This document shows positions 24,429 through 34,417 of a stretch of DNA of 64,000 nt, in pieces. The DNA lies in assembly GCF_024102715.1 (NCBI RefSeq), contig NZ_JAGFJM010000009.1, positions 4,041 through 68,040 on the forward strand, in the 5' to 3' direction. Below the pieces are notes generated by a model. It made no database searches. It saw only the letters and a program-made list of their open reading frames with translations, and had not been told where the DNA came from. The position numbers and the translations under genes were made by a program. The DNA is from Nitrosomonas communis (lineage in GTDB: Bacteria > Pseudomonadota > Gammaproteobacteria > Burkholderiales > Nitrosomonadaceae). Position 1 is the first letter of the stretch. Each line of letters starts with the position of its first letter.

Positions 24429-25385
24429 ATGTATTCAAAAATCATTGGAACAGGCAGTTACTTGCCTGAGAAAATTCTGACTAATCATGATCTCGAGCGC
24501 ATGGTGGATACCAGTGATGAATGGATACGTGCTCGTACTGGCATTATTCAACGTCATATTGCAGCTGAAGGGCAAATGGCTAGCGATCTCGCACTGGAAG
24601 CAAGCCGCAAGGCCATAGATGCAGCGGGTATTCAAGCGCAAGAAATTGATTTGATCGTTCTGGCTACGACAACGCCAGATATGATATTTCCGAGCACAGC
24701 TTGTATCTTGCAACATAAACTTGGCATCAGTGGTGGGCCGGCATTTGATGTACAAGCAGTATGCAGCGGCTTTATTTACGCCCTGGCTACGGCTGATATG
24801 TTTGTTAGTTCCGGCAAGTGCCGGAATGCGCTGGTTGTAGGAACCGAAGTATATTCACGCATCCTTGACTGGACCGACCGTAGCACCTGTGTTTTATTTG
24901 GTGACGGTGCTGGCGCAGTAGTGTTAACGCAAAGCAATCAGCCCGGAATACTCTCAAGTCATCTGCATGCCAATGGAAGTTATAACAATGTACTAGCAGC
25001 ACCTGGCAATATCTGTGGTGGTAAGATACAAGGCTCACCCTTTATTACCATGGAAGGAAACACTGTATTCAAATTTGCAGTTAAAGTCTTAGAAGAAGCG
25101 GTATTCGAGGCTATCACAGCCAATCATTTACAAGCATCCGATATTGACTGGCTGATTCCTCATCAAGCTAACATCCGTATCATAAAATCTACCGCCAATA
25201 AAGTTGGCATTCCAATGGAAAAAGTGGTTGCGACTGTTGATCAGCATGGTAATACTTCTGCCGCCTCTGTGCCGTTAGCTTTGGACATCGCTGCACGCGA
25301 TGGTCGGATTAAAACTGACCATTATGTTTTACTGGAAGGCGTAGGCGGTGGTTTTACTTGGGGGTCAGTGCTTCTGCGCTGGTGA
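24429..25385 (+). CDS. fabH: 3-oxoacyl-ACP synthase III
   Basis: AVCSGF (catalytic Cys), [20 protein letters not shown]. Confidence 0.97.
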   Translation: MYSKIIGTGSYLPEKILTNHDLERMVDTSDEWIRARTGIIQRHIAAEGQMASDLALEASRKAIDAAGIQAQEIDLIVLATTTPDMIFPSTACILQHKLGISGGPAFDVQAVCSGFIYALATADMFVSSGKCRNALVVGTEVYSRILDWTDRSTCVLFGDGAGAVVLTQSNQPGILSSHLHANGSYNNVLAAPGNICGGKIQGSPFITMEGNTVFKFAVKVLEEAVFEAITANHLQASDIDWLIPHQANIRIIKSTANKVGIPMEKVVATVDQHGNTSAASVPLALDIAARDGRIKTDHYVLLEGVGGGFTWGSVLLRW

Positions 25386-25388
25386 CAT

Positions 25389-26327
25389 ATGAAAACTGCA
25401 TTTGTTTTTCCTGGACAGGGCTCACAATCCATCGGCATGATGAAGGGCTACGCAGATCTCCCATTGATGCGTGAAACATTTTCTGAAGCGGCTGATATCC
25501 TTAAACAAGATTTATGGACATTGGTCAATGAAGGTCCAGCAGAAGCTCTTAACTCAACCATCAATACGCAACCAATTATGTTGACAGCCGGGATTGCAGT
25601 TTACCGCGCATGGGAAAGTCTAGGAGGAAAAAAACCAGATTACTTGGCAGGCCACAGTCTAGGAGAATATACCGCGCTCGTGGCATCAGGAGCTTTAACT
25701 TTTTCGGATGCACTAAGGCTGGTGAGTTATCGCGCAAAAATCATGCAAGAGTGTGTTCCGGAAGGTGTGGGCGGTATGGCAGCGATTGTAGGATTAGATG
25801 ATGATGAGATACGAGTAGTTTGCGCTGAGACCATGCGCAACTGTGAAGGAATGCTATTAGAGCCTGCCAATTTCAACTCACCCGGACAGGTAGTGATCGC
25901 CGGTCATAAAAATGCAATACAACAAGCAATGGAACTATCCAAAGCAAAAGGTGCGAAGTTAACAATATTGCTGCCAATGAGCATTCCGTCACATTGCTCG
26001 CTCATGAAGCCCGCAGCGGAGCAAATGCGTCAATTGCTTGAGAAAATATCATTTGCATCACCCACCATCCCCGTCTTGCATAATGTGGATGTTCAACAGC
26101 ATCATGATGCTGCATCTCTTAGAGAAATATTGGCAAAGCAGCTATATAGCCCTGTACGATGGACTGAAACCGTTCGTACTTTTGCATCAACGGGAGTAGA
26201 TCATGTCATCGAATGCGGACCTGGCAAAGTATTAGTCGGTTTGACAAAGCGTATCGATGGGAAATTAAAAAGTTTATCGCTAACAGACAGCAATGTTCTC
26301 AAACAGACAATCGATCTATTGAAATAA
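25389..26327 (+). CDS. fabD: Malonyl-CoA:ACP transacylase
   Basis: FPGQGSQ, GHSLGEY, NFNSPGQ, PSHC. Confidence 0.97.
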   Translation: MKTAFVFPGQGSQSIGMMKGYADLPLMRETFSEAADILKQDLWTLVNEGPAEALNSTINTQPIMLTAGIAVYRAWESLGGKKPDYLAGHSLGEYTALVASGALTFSDALRLVSYRAKIMQECVPEGVGGMAAIVGLDDDEIRVVCAETMRNCEGMLLEPANFNSPGQVVIAGHKNAIQQAMELSKAKGAKLTILLPMSIPSHCSLMKPAAEQMRQLLEKISFASPTIPVLHNVDVQQHHDAASLREILAKQLYSPVRWTETVRTFASTGVDHVIECGPGKVLVGLTKRIDGKLKSLSLTDSNVLKQTIDLLK

Positions 26328-26360
26328 ATTGCACCCAATATATTATCAAATGGAGAAATC

Positions 26361-27101
26361 ATGTTAGGCACTCAAGTTGCTTTAGTTACAGGCGCCAGTC
26401 GAGGAATTGGACAAGCTATAGCCTCTGAACTGGGCAAACATGGCGCTATTGTAATTGGTACGTCAACAACGCTGAATGGCGCAGAAACTATCAATCAATA
26501 CCTAAAAGAAGCCCAAATAAAAGGAATGGGCTTGGTAATGGATGTAAATAGCATAGAGCAGATTAATAACGCCATTGAAACTATCCGCAAAACATTTGGT
26601 GAAATTAGCATATTGGTCAATAATGCTGGAATCACGCGCGATAATCTATTGGCCAGGATGAAAGATGAAGAATGGGATGAAATCATCGACACTAACCTCA
26701 AATCGGTATTCTGGCTAAGTCGCGCAGTGCTGCGATCCATGATGAAAGCTCGTTCAGGACGCATTGTCAATATTTCGTCTGTTGTCGGGGTAACTGGTAA
26801 TCCCGGACAAACAAATTATGCTGCAGCCAAAGCTGGTATGATCGGTTTCAGTAAATCATTAGCGCGTGAAGTAGGGAGTCGAAATATCACCATTAATTGC
26901 ATTGCTCCTGGATTTATCGATACAGATATGACGCGATCTCTGACTGCTGAGCAGCAGCAAAATCTAATTCAGCATATTCCATTGGGAAGATTGGGGCGCC
27001 CGGCAGACATAGCGTCAGCGGTAGTCTTTCTGGCTTCTCCTGCAGCGAGTTATATTACAGGCACGACTTTGCACGTGAATGGTGGAATGTATATGGATTA
27101 A
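26361..27101 (+). CDS. fabG: 3-oxoacyl-ACP reductase
   Basis: TGASRGIG, NNAGITRD, NYAAAK, PGFIDTDM. Confidence 0.97.
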   Translation: MLGTQVALVTGASRGIGQAIASELGKHGAIVIGTSTTLNGAETINQYLKEAQIKGMGLVMDVNSIEQINNAIETIRKTFGEISILVNNAGITRDNLLARMKDEEWDEIIDTNLKSVFWLSRAVLRSMMKARSGRIVNISSVVGVTGNPGQTNYAAAKAGMIGFSKSLAREVGSRNITINCIAPGFIDTDMTRSLTAEQQQNLIQHIPLGRLGRPADIASAVVFLASPAASYITGTTLHVNGGMYMD

Positions 27102-27112
27102 TCGAATTTAAT

Positions 27113-27143
27113 CATTTTTTGGAAAAAAAATTTCCAAAAAATG
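27113..27143. other. Perfect 13-bp inverted repeat between fabG and acpP
   Basis: CATTTTTTGGAAA-AAAAA-TTTCCAAAAAATG. Confidence 0.6.
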
Positions 27144-27288
27144 GTATTAATTCTTATGTCAAATGATTTTATTAATAAATGAGTTTTGTTAAAAATGACC
27201 TGAATGCAGTAAAGGTGTTAGTTTTGTTAGTTTAGGAAATTTGTTAAAATTGACTAGTTTTTCTCACGTAGAAAGGAAGGATGCATAG

Positions 27289-27534
27289 ATGGAAAATACA
27301 GATATAGAGCAACGCATCAAAAAAATTGTAGCTGAACAATTAGGTGTAAATGAAGCAGATGTCAAAAATGAATCTTCTTTTGTTAATGATTTAGGTGCTG
27401 ATTCGCTTGATACCGTAGAACTTGTCATGGCGCTGGAAGAGGAATTTGAATGCGAAATTCCTGACGAACAGGCCGAAAAAATTAATACTGTACAAGAAGC
27501 GATTGACTACGTTAATCAGCATACTTCTCACTAA
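27289..27534 (+). CDS. acpP: Acyl carrier protein
   Basis: [20 protein letters not shown]. Confidence 0.98.
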   Translation: MENTDIEQRIKKIVAEQLGVNEADVKNESSFVNDLGADSLDTVELVMALEEEFECEIPDEQAEKINTVQEAIDYVNQHTSH

Positions 27535-27558
27535 TTTCTTTATCTACTGGAGTTTTTT

Positions 27559-28800
27559 TTGTCCAAACGCAGGGTAGCTGTTACAGGGCTGGGCATAGTT
27601 TCACCTGTTGGAAACAATGTTTCTGATGCCTGGCAGAATATTGTTGCGGGGAAATCCGGCATTACTAAAATTACTCGCTTTGATGCTTCGCTTTTCTCTT
27701 CACAAATTGCAGGCGAAGTTAGAGACTTCGAAATAACGCAGTACATATCAGCCAAGGATGCACGACGAATGGATATTTTTATTCATTATGGTATGGCAGC
27801 GGGAATCCAAGCAATAAAAGATGCCGGAATTGAAGATCTAGCAGGGCTTGATCCAGAACGAATAGGCGTTAATATTGGTTCTGGTATCGGTGGCTTGCCC
27901 ATGATTGAAGATACTGACACAGCTTATCATGCTGGCGGTCCGCGTAAAATCTCTCCGTTTTTTATACCCAGCACCATCATCAACATGATATCCGGTAATC
28001 TATCTATCATGTTCGGGTATAAAGGTCCTAATTTAGCGATTGTTACTGCATGCACCACTTCCACTCATACTATTGGCAGCTCTGCGCGCATGATCGAATA
28101 TGGTGATGCAGATATTATGGTGTGCGGTGGTGCTGAATCATGCGTAACGCCGCTTGCAATTGGAGGGTTTTCTTCAGCTCGCGCCCTGTCAGTCAGGAAT
28201 GATGATCCAGCTTCAGCCAGTCGCCCTTGGGATAAAGGGAGAGATGGATTTGTTTTAAGTGAAGGTGCGGGCATTCTAGTTTTAGAAGAAATGGAGCACG
28301 CCAAGCGACGTGGCGCAAAAATATATACGGAACTTGCCGGGTTCGGTATGAGCGCAGATGCCTATCACATGACTGCTCCGTGTGAAGATGGCGAAGGAGC
28401 TGCCCGCTGTATGTCAAATGCTCTTAAGGTTGCAAATGTCAACACTGATGAAGTCGACTATATCAATGCTCATGGTACATCAACTCCCTTAGGTGATATA
28501 GCGGAAACAATTGCAGTCAAACGATGCTTTGGTGATCATGCAAAAAAACTTGTTATCAATTCTACCAAATCAATGACAGGACATTTATTGGGTGCTGCTG
28601 GTGGAGTAGAAGCAATATTTTCAGTATTGTCTCTCTATCATCAAGTTGTACCACCTACTATCAATCTTTTCGAATCTGATCCAGAATGTGATTTGGATTA
28701 TGTTCCTAATACCGCCAGGGATATGAAAATAAATTTAGCAATATCAAATTCCTTTGGATTTGGGGGAACAAACGGTACGTTGGTATTCCGTAAGATTTAG
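27559..28800 (+). CDS. fabF: 3-oxoacyl-ACP synthase II
   Basis: TACTTS, DAYHMT, NAHGTST, GHLLGAAG, NSFGFGG; TTG start with GGAG RBS. Confidence 0.97.
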   Translation: MSKRRVAVTGLGIVSPVGNNVSDAWQNIVAGKSGITKITRFDASLFSSQIAGEVRDFEITQYISAKDARRMDIFIHYGMAAGIQAIKDAGIEDLAGLDPERIGVNIGSGIGGLPMIEDTDTAYHAGGPRKISPFFIPSTIINMISGNLSIMFGYKGPNLAIVTACTTSTHTIGSSARMIEYGDADIMVCGGAESCVTPLAIGGFSSARALSVRNDDPASASRPWDKGRDGFVLSEGAGILVLEEMEHAKRRGAKIYTELAGFGMSADAYHMTAPCEDGEGAARCMSNALKVANVNTDEVDYINAHGTSTPLGDIAETIAVKRCFGDHAKKLVINSTKSMTGHLLGAAGGVEAIFSVLSLYHQVVPPTINLFESDPECDLDYVPNTARDMKINLAISNSFGFGGTNGTLVFRKI

Positions 28801-28815
28801 CGATATATTTGGCGT

Positions 28816-29826
28816 ATGTGGGTACTAAAGTGCCTATCCCAGAAACTGAAGTTACTTTTTGCACTCACTTTCATAGGAATCGCTTTATTTCTTGGCTGGT
28901 TTTATTATCTTGTTAATACTGCAACCAAGTTACCATTTATCCCGCATGAATTTTCGATTGAATCCGGGAGCAACTTAAAGAATATTTCTAATCAATTAAC
29001 TACTGATCATTTGCTCCCCAATGCATGGTCTTTCATCTTGCTAGCAAAAGTGCTTAATTATGAATCATCGATAAAAGCGGGTGAATATGTGCTGGTTGAG
29101 GATACTTCCCCATTACAATTACTGGAATATCTGGTTAAGGGTGACGCAAAACAAAATGAAATCCAGTTCATTGAAGGATGGACATTTTCTCAGCTCAGAA
29201 AGGCGTTAGATGAACACCCTGCAATTCGGCACGATACACTTAATCTTAGTGAGCAAGAGATCCTGCAACTAATCGGCGCCAGTGAATCAAAAGCAGAAGG
29301 TTTATTTTTTCCGGATACTTATTTTTTTGTAAAAAATAACAGCGATGTCAGCATACTAAAGCGTGCTTATCGCGCAATGCAACAACATCTAAAAGCAGCT
29401 TGGTCTTGTCGCAAAGAATCGCTTCCATTGAAATCAGAATATGAAGGTTTGATTCTAGCTTCGATCATTGAAAAAGAAACTGGTAATGAAAGTGACCGCG
29501 CTATTATTGCGGGTGTATTAATTAATCGGCTACGTTTGGATATGAAACTACAAGTTGATCCAACTGTTATCTATGGAATCGGTGACAAATTTGATGGAAA
29601 TTTACGCAAACAAGATTTGCTTACTGACCAGGAATACAATACTTATACACGCCCAGGTCTTCCTCCCTCCCCTATTGCCATGCCAGGACTAGCTTCAATT
29701 CAGGCAGCTTTTAATCCTGCAGAAACTGATGCACTTTATTTTGTTGCAAAAGGTAATGGCGAATCGCATTTTTCAGTCGATCTGAAAGAGCACAACCGTG
29801 CCGTGCATCAATACCAGAAACGGTAG
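28816..29826 (+). CDS. mltG: Endolytic transglycosylase MltG
   Basis: EGLFFPDTY, LASIIEKET, LQVDPTVIY, YNTY, GLPPSPI, LYFVA. Confidence 0.95.
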   Translation: MWVLKCLSQKLKLLFALTFIGIALFLGWFYYLVNTATKLPFIPHEFSIESGSNLKNISNQLTTDHLLPNAWSFILLAKVLNYESSIKAGEYVLVEDTSPLQLLEYLVKGDAKQNEIQFIEGWTFSQLRKALDEHPAIRHDTLNLSEQEILQLIGASESKAEGLFFPDTYFFVKNNSDVSILKRAYRAMQQHLKAAWSCRKESLPLKSEYEGLILASIIEKETGNESDRAIIAGVLINRLRLDMKLQVDPTVIYGIGDKFDGNLRKQDLLTDQEYNTYTRPGLPPSPIAMPGLASIQAAFNPAETDALYFVAKGNGESHFSVDLKEHNRAVHQYQKR

Positions 29827-29876
29827 CAATTACTATGCCTGACATATTTGAAACTCATGCTCTTTTACAAAGTTAA

Positions 29877-32492
29877 ATGATGCAGTTTTCCGTCGTTGTC
29901 CCCACTCTTAACGAATCAGAAAATGTGGATTTGCTGTTAACGCGCTTGCTTGCGCTTGATTTGTTACCAGGAAGTTTCGAAGTTATTTTTGTTGATGATG
30001 GCTCAAAGGATGGCACGCCAGAAAAAATACGTAGATGGGAAGCAAAGCATAAAAACATTCATCTTGTCGAGCGGCAGGAAAAGCCTGATCTGACGGCATC
30101 AATTCTAGCAGGCGCCTCTATCGCCAAGAGCGACATTATCGTTGTAATGGATGCAGATCTAAGTCATTTGCCTGAGCAGTTACCTGCTGTCGTTGCACCA
30201 GTACTCAATGGTAATTATGATGTTGCTGTAGGTAGTCGTTACATCTCAGGAGGAAGCACAAAAGGGTGGCCTCTGCATCGACAGTGGCTGTCGCGTATGG
30301 GCGGCCTGCTTGCACGCCCTATTTGTGATGTGAATGATGCTACTTCAGGTTTTTTTGCATTTCGTCGGGAGCTTATCAGCAATATCCCTGAAAAAGCCCG
30401 CGGATACAAAATTCTGCTTGAGTTGCTAATGTCAGGTCAAGAGAAGCTTAGAGTCATAGAAGTACCCATTTCCTTTCACGACCGAACATATGGCACCTCG
30501 AAATTATCTCTTTCCCATCACTTGATTTATCTGCAACGACTGATCACTCTGGCTGGCGGCACAGTATCTATCGGCACAGCCAGTCGTTTTGCTCTTGTCG
30601 GTTTTGCAGGTATTTTTGTCGATGCCTTGGTATTCCAATGGATGCTAAGCTGGAGCTCTGGGCTCGCATTAGCTCATATTACGAGTTTTTTAGCAGCCGT
30701 TATTGTAAATTATACCCTTAACTCTAAATGGTCATTCCGACCATACAGTGGAGGCAATCTAACTTGGCAACAGTTTAGCCGGTTTCTGATAGTTGGATTA
30801 TTTGCGTTGCTTCTGCGCGGCGGCGTACTGGCGTTACTTGTCTATACTTGGCACTTACCGGCTGAACTGGCAATATTTCCCGCAATTGCTGCAACAGCAG
30901 TAGTTAATTATCTAGGCTCGGCATTTTATGTATTCCCGGAAAATAAAAACCGCCCATCGCTGGAAATACGCTGGCGAATAGCTGCACTTGGAGTTGTTCT
31001 TTTTATCATCTTGCTGCGCCTCGTTTATCTTGGTCTGGCCCAACTCATTCCTGACGAGGCCTATTATTGGCAATACACTCAACACATGGATTTGAGTTTC
31101 TTCGATCATCCCCCAATGGTAGCTTGGCTAATCTGGCTAGGTACCACAATTGCAGGTCAAAATGAATTTGGTGTCAGAATCGGCGCCTTTATCTGCGGTT
31201 TGATAACAATGAGCTACCTCTACGCATTTGCACGCAATCTACATGATAAATCAACAGGTATGCGCGCAATCATGCTGCTATCTGTGCTGCCTTTTGGCTT
31301 TGCTTCTGGATTAATCATGACTCCTGATGCACCATTGATTGCTTGCTGGGCTGCTACTTTATACTATATGGAACGTGCGCTTGTGGTTGGACGAAGCATA
31401 GCGTGGCTTGGTATGGGGATTGCTTTTGGTCTAGGCTTATTATCAAAATATACACTTGGCTTATTGGGCATTGCGGCTTTAGTCTTTGTTATCCTGGATC
31501 CAACTGCACGCCGCTGGTTGCGTCGGCCTCACCCCTATTTTTCAGCGCTTCTGGCCCTCTTACTGTTCTCACCCGTGATCATCTGGAATTCTGAGAATAA
31601 CTGGGTTTCTTTCTTATTTCAAACTGAAAGACTGGGAGGAGGCGGGCATGTATTCTCCGTTCATTATCTGATCCTTTATATGGCTATCATTCTGACACCG
31701 GTAGGTTTATACGCCGCCATGCAGGCGTTAAGACATGTTTGCACTAAGGGTAATCATTATGATGAATGCGAGTGTAGGCGCCGCTTGTTTGTATGTATAT
31801 TTACCGGTGTTCCATTAATAATTTTTATGGGTATCAGTACCTTTGATACACCACGATTTCACTGGACCAGCCCTCTCTGGCTAGCAATTCTGCCAACTAT
31901 CGCCTGGATGATGGGACAAAGCGGTACCTTACATGCTATCTCCAGCCGCCTGCGAGCAATATGGCAACCAACCATTATTATTTCGTTACTTGCGTATGCC
32001 TTCCTACTCCATTATGTGGTACTGGGTATCCCTGGAATACCATATCAGTTTCTCACTGAACATTATTTCTGGAAAGAGGCAACCAGTGAGGTTGAAAAAA
32101 TAGCCGAAGAACTCGGATCTCAGACAGGACAAGCACCCATTGTAGTAGGAATGAGTAAGTGGTCAATTGCAAGCGCATTATCTTTTTACAATAAGGGCAG
32201 CAACAAAATAGATATCCGCTCGCGAAACATGTTTGGCGACAATAGTGCTATGTACGATTTCTGGTATCCATCGCACCCACCTACTGACCGCCCGATTATT
32301 TTAGTGGGAATGAAACGTCATATGCTTGAACGTAATCGGACTGGAAGCGAAATTGATCACATGCTTGACCAGCCAGGCACCGTGCAGTTCAAAACAATAA
32401 CACGAAACGGTACGCCTTTGCGTCGTTTATACTACCGGACTGCACAAGGATACCATGGCAACGCGATCTCAAATCTCACCAGAATCCAATAA
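29877..32492 (+). CDS. Fused polyprenol-phosphate glycosyltransferase (GT2) - GtrA - ArnT/PMT-type GT-C transferase
   Basis: aa about 1-225 DPM-synthase-like (VVPTLNE, VDDGSKDGT, MDADLSH, GSRY, DATSGF); aa about 235-355 GtrA-like (RFALVG, NYTLNSKWSF); from about aa 365 ArnT/PMT-like (PDEAYYW, FDHPPMVAW, SKYT). Confidence 0.85.
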   Translation: MMQFSVVVPTLNESENVDLLLTRLLALDLLPGSFEVIFVDDGSKDGTPEKIRRWEAKHKNIHLVERQEKPDLTASILAGASIAKSDIIVVMDADLSHLPEQLPAVVAPVLNGNYDVAVGSRYISGGSTKGWPLHRQWLSRMGGLLARPICDVNDATSGFFAFRRELISNIPEKARGYKILLELLMSGQEKLRVIEVPISFHDRTYGTSKLSLSHHLIYLQRLITLAGGTVSIGTASRFALVGFAGIFVDALVFQWMLSWSSGLALAHITSFLAAVIVNYTLNSKWSFRPYSGGNLTWQQFSRFLIVGLFALLLRGGVLALLVYTWHLPAELAIFPAIAATAVVNYLGSAFYVFPENKNRPSLEIRWRIAALGVVLFIILLRLVYLGLAQLIPDEAYYWQYTQHMDLSFFDHPPMVAWLIWLGTTIAGQNEFGVRIGAFICGLITMSYLYAFARNLHDKSTGMRAIMLLSVLPFGFASGLIMTPDAPLIACWAATLYYMERALVVGRSIAWLGMGIAFGLGLLSKYTLGLLGIAALVFVILDPTARRWLRRPHPYFSALLALLLFSPVIIWNSENNWVSFLFQTERLGGGGHVFSVHYLILYMAIILTPVGLYAAMQALRHVCTKGNHYDECECRRRLFVCIFTGVPLIIFMGISTFDTPRFHWTSPLWLAILPTIAWMMGQSGTLHAISSRLRAIWQPTIIISLLAYAFLLHYVVLGIPGIPYQFLTEHYFWKEATSEVEKIAEELGSQTGQAPIVVGMSKWSIASALSFYNKGSNKIDIRSRNMFGDNSAMYDFWYPSHPPTDRPIILVGMKRHMLERNRTGSEIDHMLDQPGTVQFKTITRNGTPLRRLYYRTAQGYHGNAISNLTRIQ

Positions 32493-32548
32493 GATACAGC
32501 CAGCACAACAAACACTCCTCCTACACTACTTGTGTCCAGCCACCTTTT

Positions 32549-33343
32549 CTAGTGGCTATGCTTGAGCATAGTCTCAACCAGCCAAATAGAGCCAATTCCG
32601 GAGCTAATTAACACTACTTGTTGCACTGTGGCAGCAATCTCAGGTCGCTTATGCAAACCTGGAATCAAATCTGCCATTGCGACATATATCATGCACGCTG
32701 TTGCAATGGCAAGCATTGGCAAAACGAGATGATTAAGTTGATGCAGCATAAAGTAAGCAAGTATCCCCCCCACTAAAGTTGCAGCACTCGATAGTAAATT
32801 AAGTAGCAGCGCATGCGCGCGGCTATAGCCTGAATTGAGCAGAATGATAAAATCACCAGCTTCCTGGGGAATTTCATGGGCAATAATTGCGATAGCGGTC
32901 ACAATGCCAAGCTGAATATCAACCATAAAGGCTGCTGCAATCAGGACACCATCTACAAAATTATGAAATGTATCGCCTAACGTGATCATCATACCGCTAC
33001 GACCATAATCGCCTGGAACCTGGCAAATCGAATGACCATGCTCGGGATCGTGCGCCTCACACTCATCCATATGGCAATGTCGCCACAATACCAGTTTCTC
33101 CAGGATAAAGAAAACGAGTATACCTAGCAGCACTATGATCGTTATTTGTTTGGGATCCTCAGAAAGTTCAAGAGCCTCGGGGAGAGTATTTAAGAATGCT
33201 GCCCCTAGCAGCGCCCCGATCGCGTATGAAACCAACATAGATACCCATGAGCTACGGGTGTTCAAAGTCAATATAGCTGCAAACAGTATACTCAGCAAAC
33301 CACCAAATAGGCCTGCCAGAATGATCCAGGTGAGGGTCGACAT
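32549..33343 (-). CDS. ZIP family divalent metal transporter
   Basis: GDTFHNFVDG and AHEIPQE metal-site helices; His/Cys loop RHCHMDECEAHDPEHGH. Confidence 0.93.
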   Translation of the reverse strand: MSTLTWIILAGLFGGLLSILFAAILTLNTRSSWVSMLVSYAIGALLGAAFLNTLPEALELSEDPKQITIIVLLGILVFFILEKLVLWRHCHMDECEAHDPEHGHSICQVPGDYGRSGMMITLGDTFHNFVDGVLIAAAFMVDIQLGIVTAIAIIAHEIPQEAGDFIILLNSGYSRAHALLLNLLSSAATLVGGILAYFMLHQLNHLVLPMLAIATACMIYVAMADLIPGLHKRPEIAATVQQVVLISSGIGSIWLVETMLKHSH

Positions 33344-33369
33344 AAAATTTATTTTTGCAGGAAACTATG

Positions 33370-33404
33370 AAAAAACTGGTAGCACTATACTATAGTGCTA
33401 CCAG
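33370..33404 (-). terminator. Perfect 14-1-14 palindrome plus U6 tract (intrinsic terminator and/or operator) upstream of the ZIP gene
   Basis: CTGGTAGCACTATA-C-TATAGTGCTACCAG at 33376-33404; A6 at 33370-33375 reads as U6 after the stem on the minus strand. Confidence 0.65.
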
Positions 33405-33585
33405 CTCAAATGATTAAACAGCCCTTCTTTCTTAAAAATAAGTAGTTAATATAGTTTATTATTTGATTGTCACGGCACCCAATCACAACCTCTTCACTTA
33501 CATGATAGATTCAGTTAGGCACTACCCAATATATTCACGTAACTAACTCGCCTTGCTCTTGTGCATCTACATGACTTTGCTTTAT

Positions 33586-34350
33586 TCAGATCGTATCCGT
33601 TAACCAAATCAGTGCTGCCATTCTTCCTGTTTTTCCATCCCGACGGTAAGAATAGAATCTTAATGGGTTGCTAAAAGTACATTCATTACCACCGTAAACT
33701 TTGGTGACCCCAGCTTCTGCCAATCGCAGCCGCGCCAAGGTAAATAAATCAGCAAACCATTTGTTACCATCATGACTGAGAGTAAAGGCAGAACTGGATT
33801 TGCTATCTTGTTTCAGGAACACTTCTCGCACTTCTTCACCTACCTCAAAATGCTTGGGGCCAATTGCCGGTCCAAGCCAGGCAATAATTTCGTCTCCCTT
33901 ACTAGACATTTCTGCAATAGAATTCTCGATGACTCCAGCAGCCAATCCTCGCCAGCCAGCATGAACAACGCCGACAACACTACCTGCAGTATCACATAGA
34001 AATACCGGTAAACAGTCTGCCATCAATATCGCACACACTTTTTCACTGCAGCAGCTCAACGCTGCGTCACCTTGCGGTGTTACTTCATTCTTGTCCACCC
34101 AGATGGGTTTTGCTCCATGAACCTGTTTCAACCAGTAGGGATCATTCGGTAAATATTTGCGCAGCAATGCACGATTCTGTTGCACCAATAATAAATCATC
34201 ACCTACATGATCACCTAAATTCAGTTCTGCGTACGCACCGTTTTGGTTTCTACTCACACCACCCTTCCGAGTAGTGAGGATTGCTTTAACACTTGGTGGC
34301 GCTGGCCAGTCCGGAATAATCCAATCGTGCATAAAGAGAGAATGATTCAA
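33586..34350 (-). CDS. pgeF: Peptidoglycan editing factor / purine nucleoside phosphorylase YfiH
   Basis: LNLGDHVGD, LKQVHG, ADCLPV, HAGWRG, WLGPAIG, FYSYRR. Confidence 0.95.
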   Translation of the reverse strand: MNHSLFMHDWIIPDWPAPPSVKAILTTRKGGVSRNQNGAYAELNLGDHVGDDLLLVQQNRALLRKYLPNDPYWLKQVHGAKPIWVDKNEVTPQGDAALSCCSEKVCAILMADCLPVFLCDTAGSVVGVVHAGWRGLAAGVIENSIAEMSSKGDEIIAWLGPAIGPKHFEVGEEVREVFLKQDSKSSSAFTLSHDGNKWFADLFTLARLRLAEAGVTKVYGGNECTFSNPLRFYSYRRDGKTGRMAALIWLTDTI

Positions 34351-34417
34351 TTTATAGCTAATCGGAAAATAGCATAATGTATATTGTCAGTATTCTAATG
34401 CGCTCTAGAAAAATTTT

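Noticed and set aside
33405-33585. yybP-ykoY (Mn) or NiCo riboswitch before the ZIP gene
   Set aside because: The conserved aptamer motifs were not recognisable by eye; an Rfam scan is needed.
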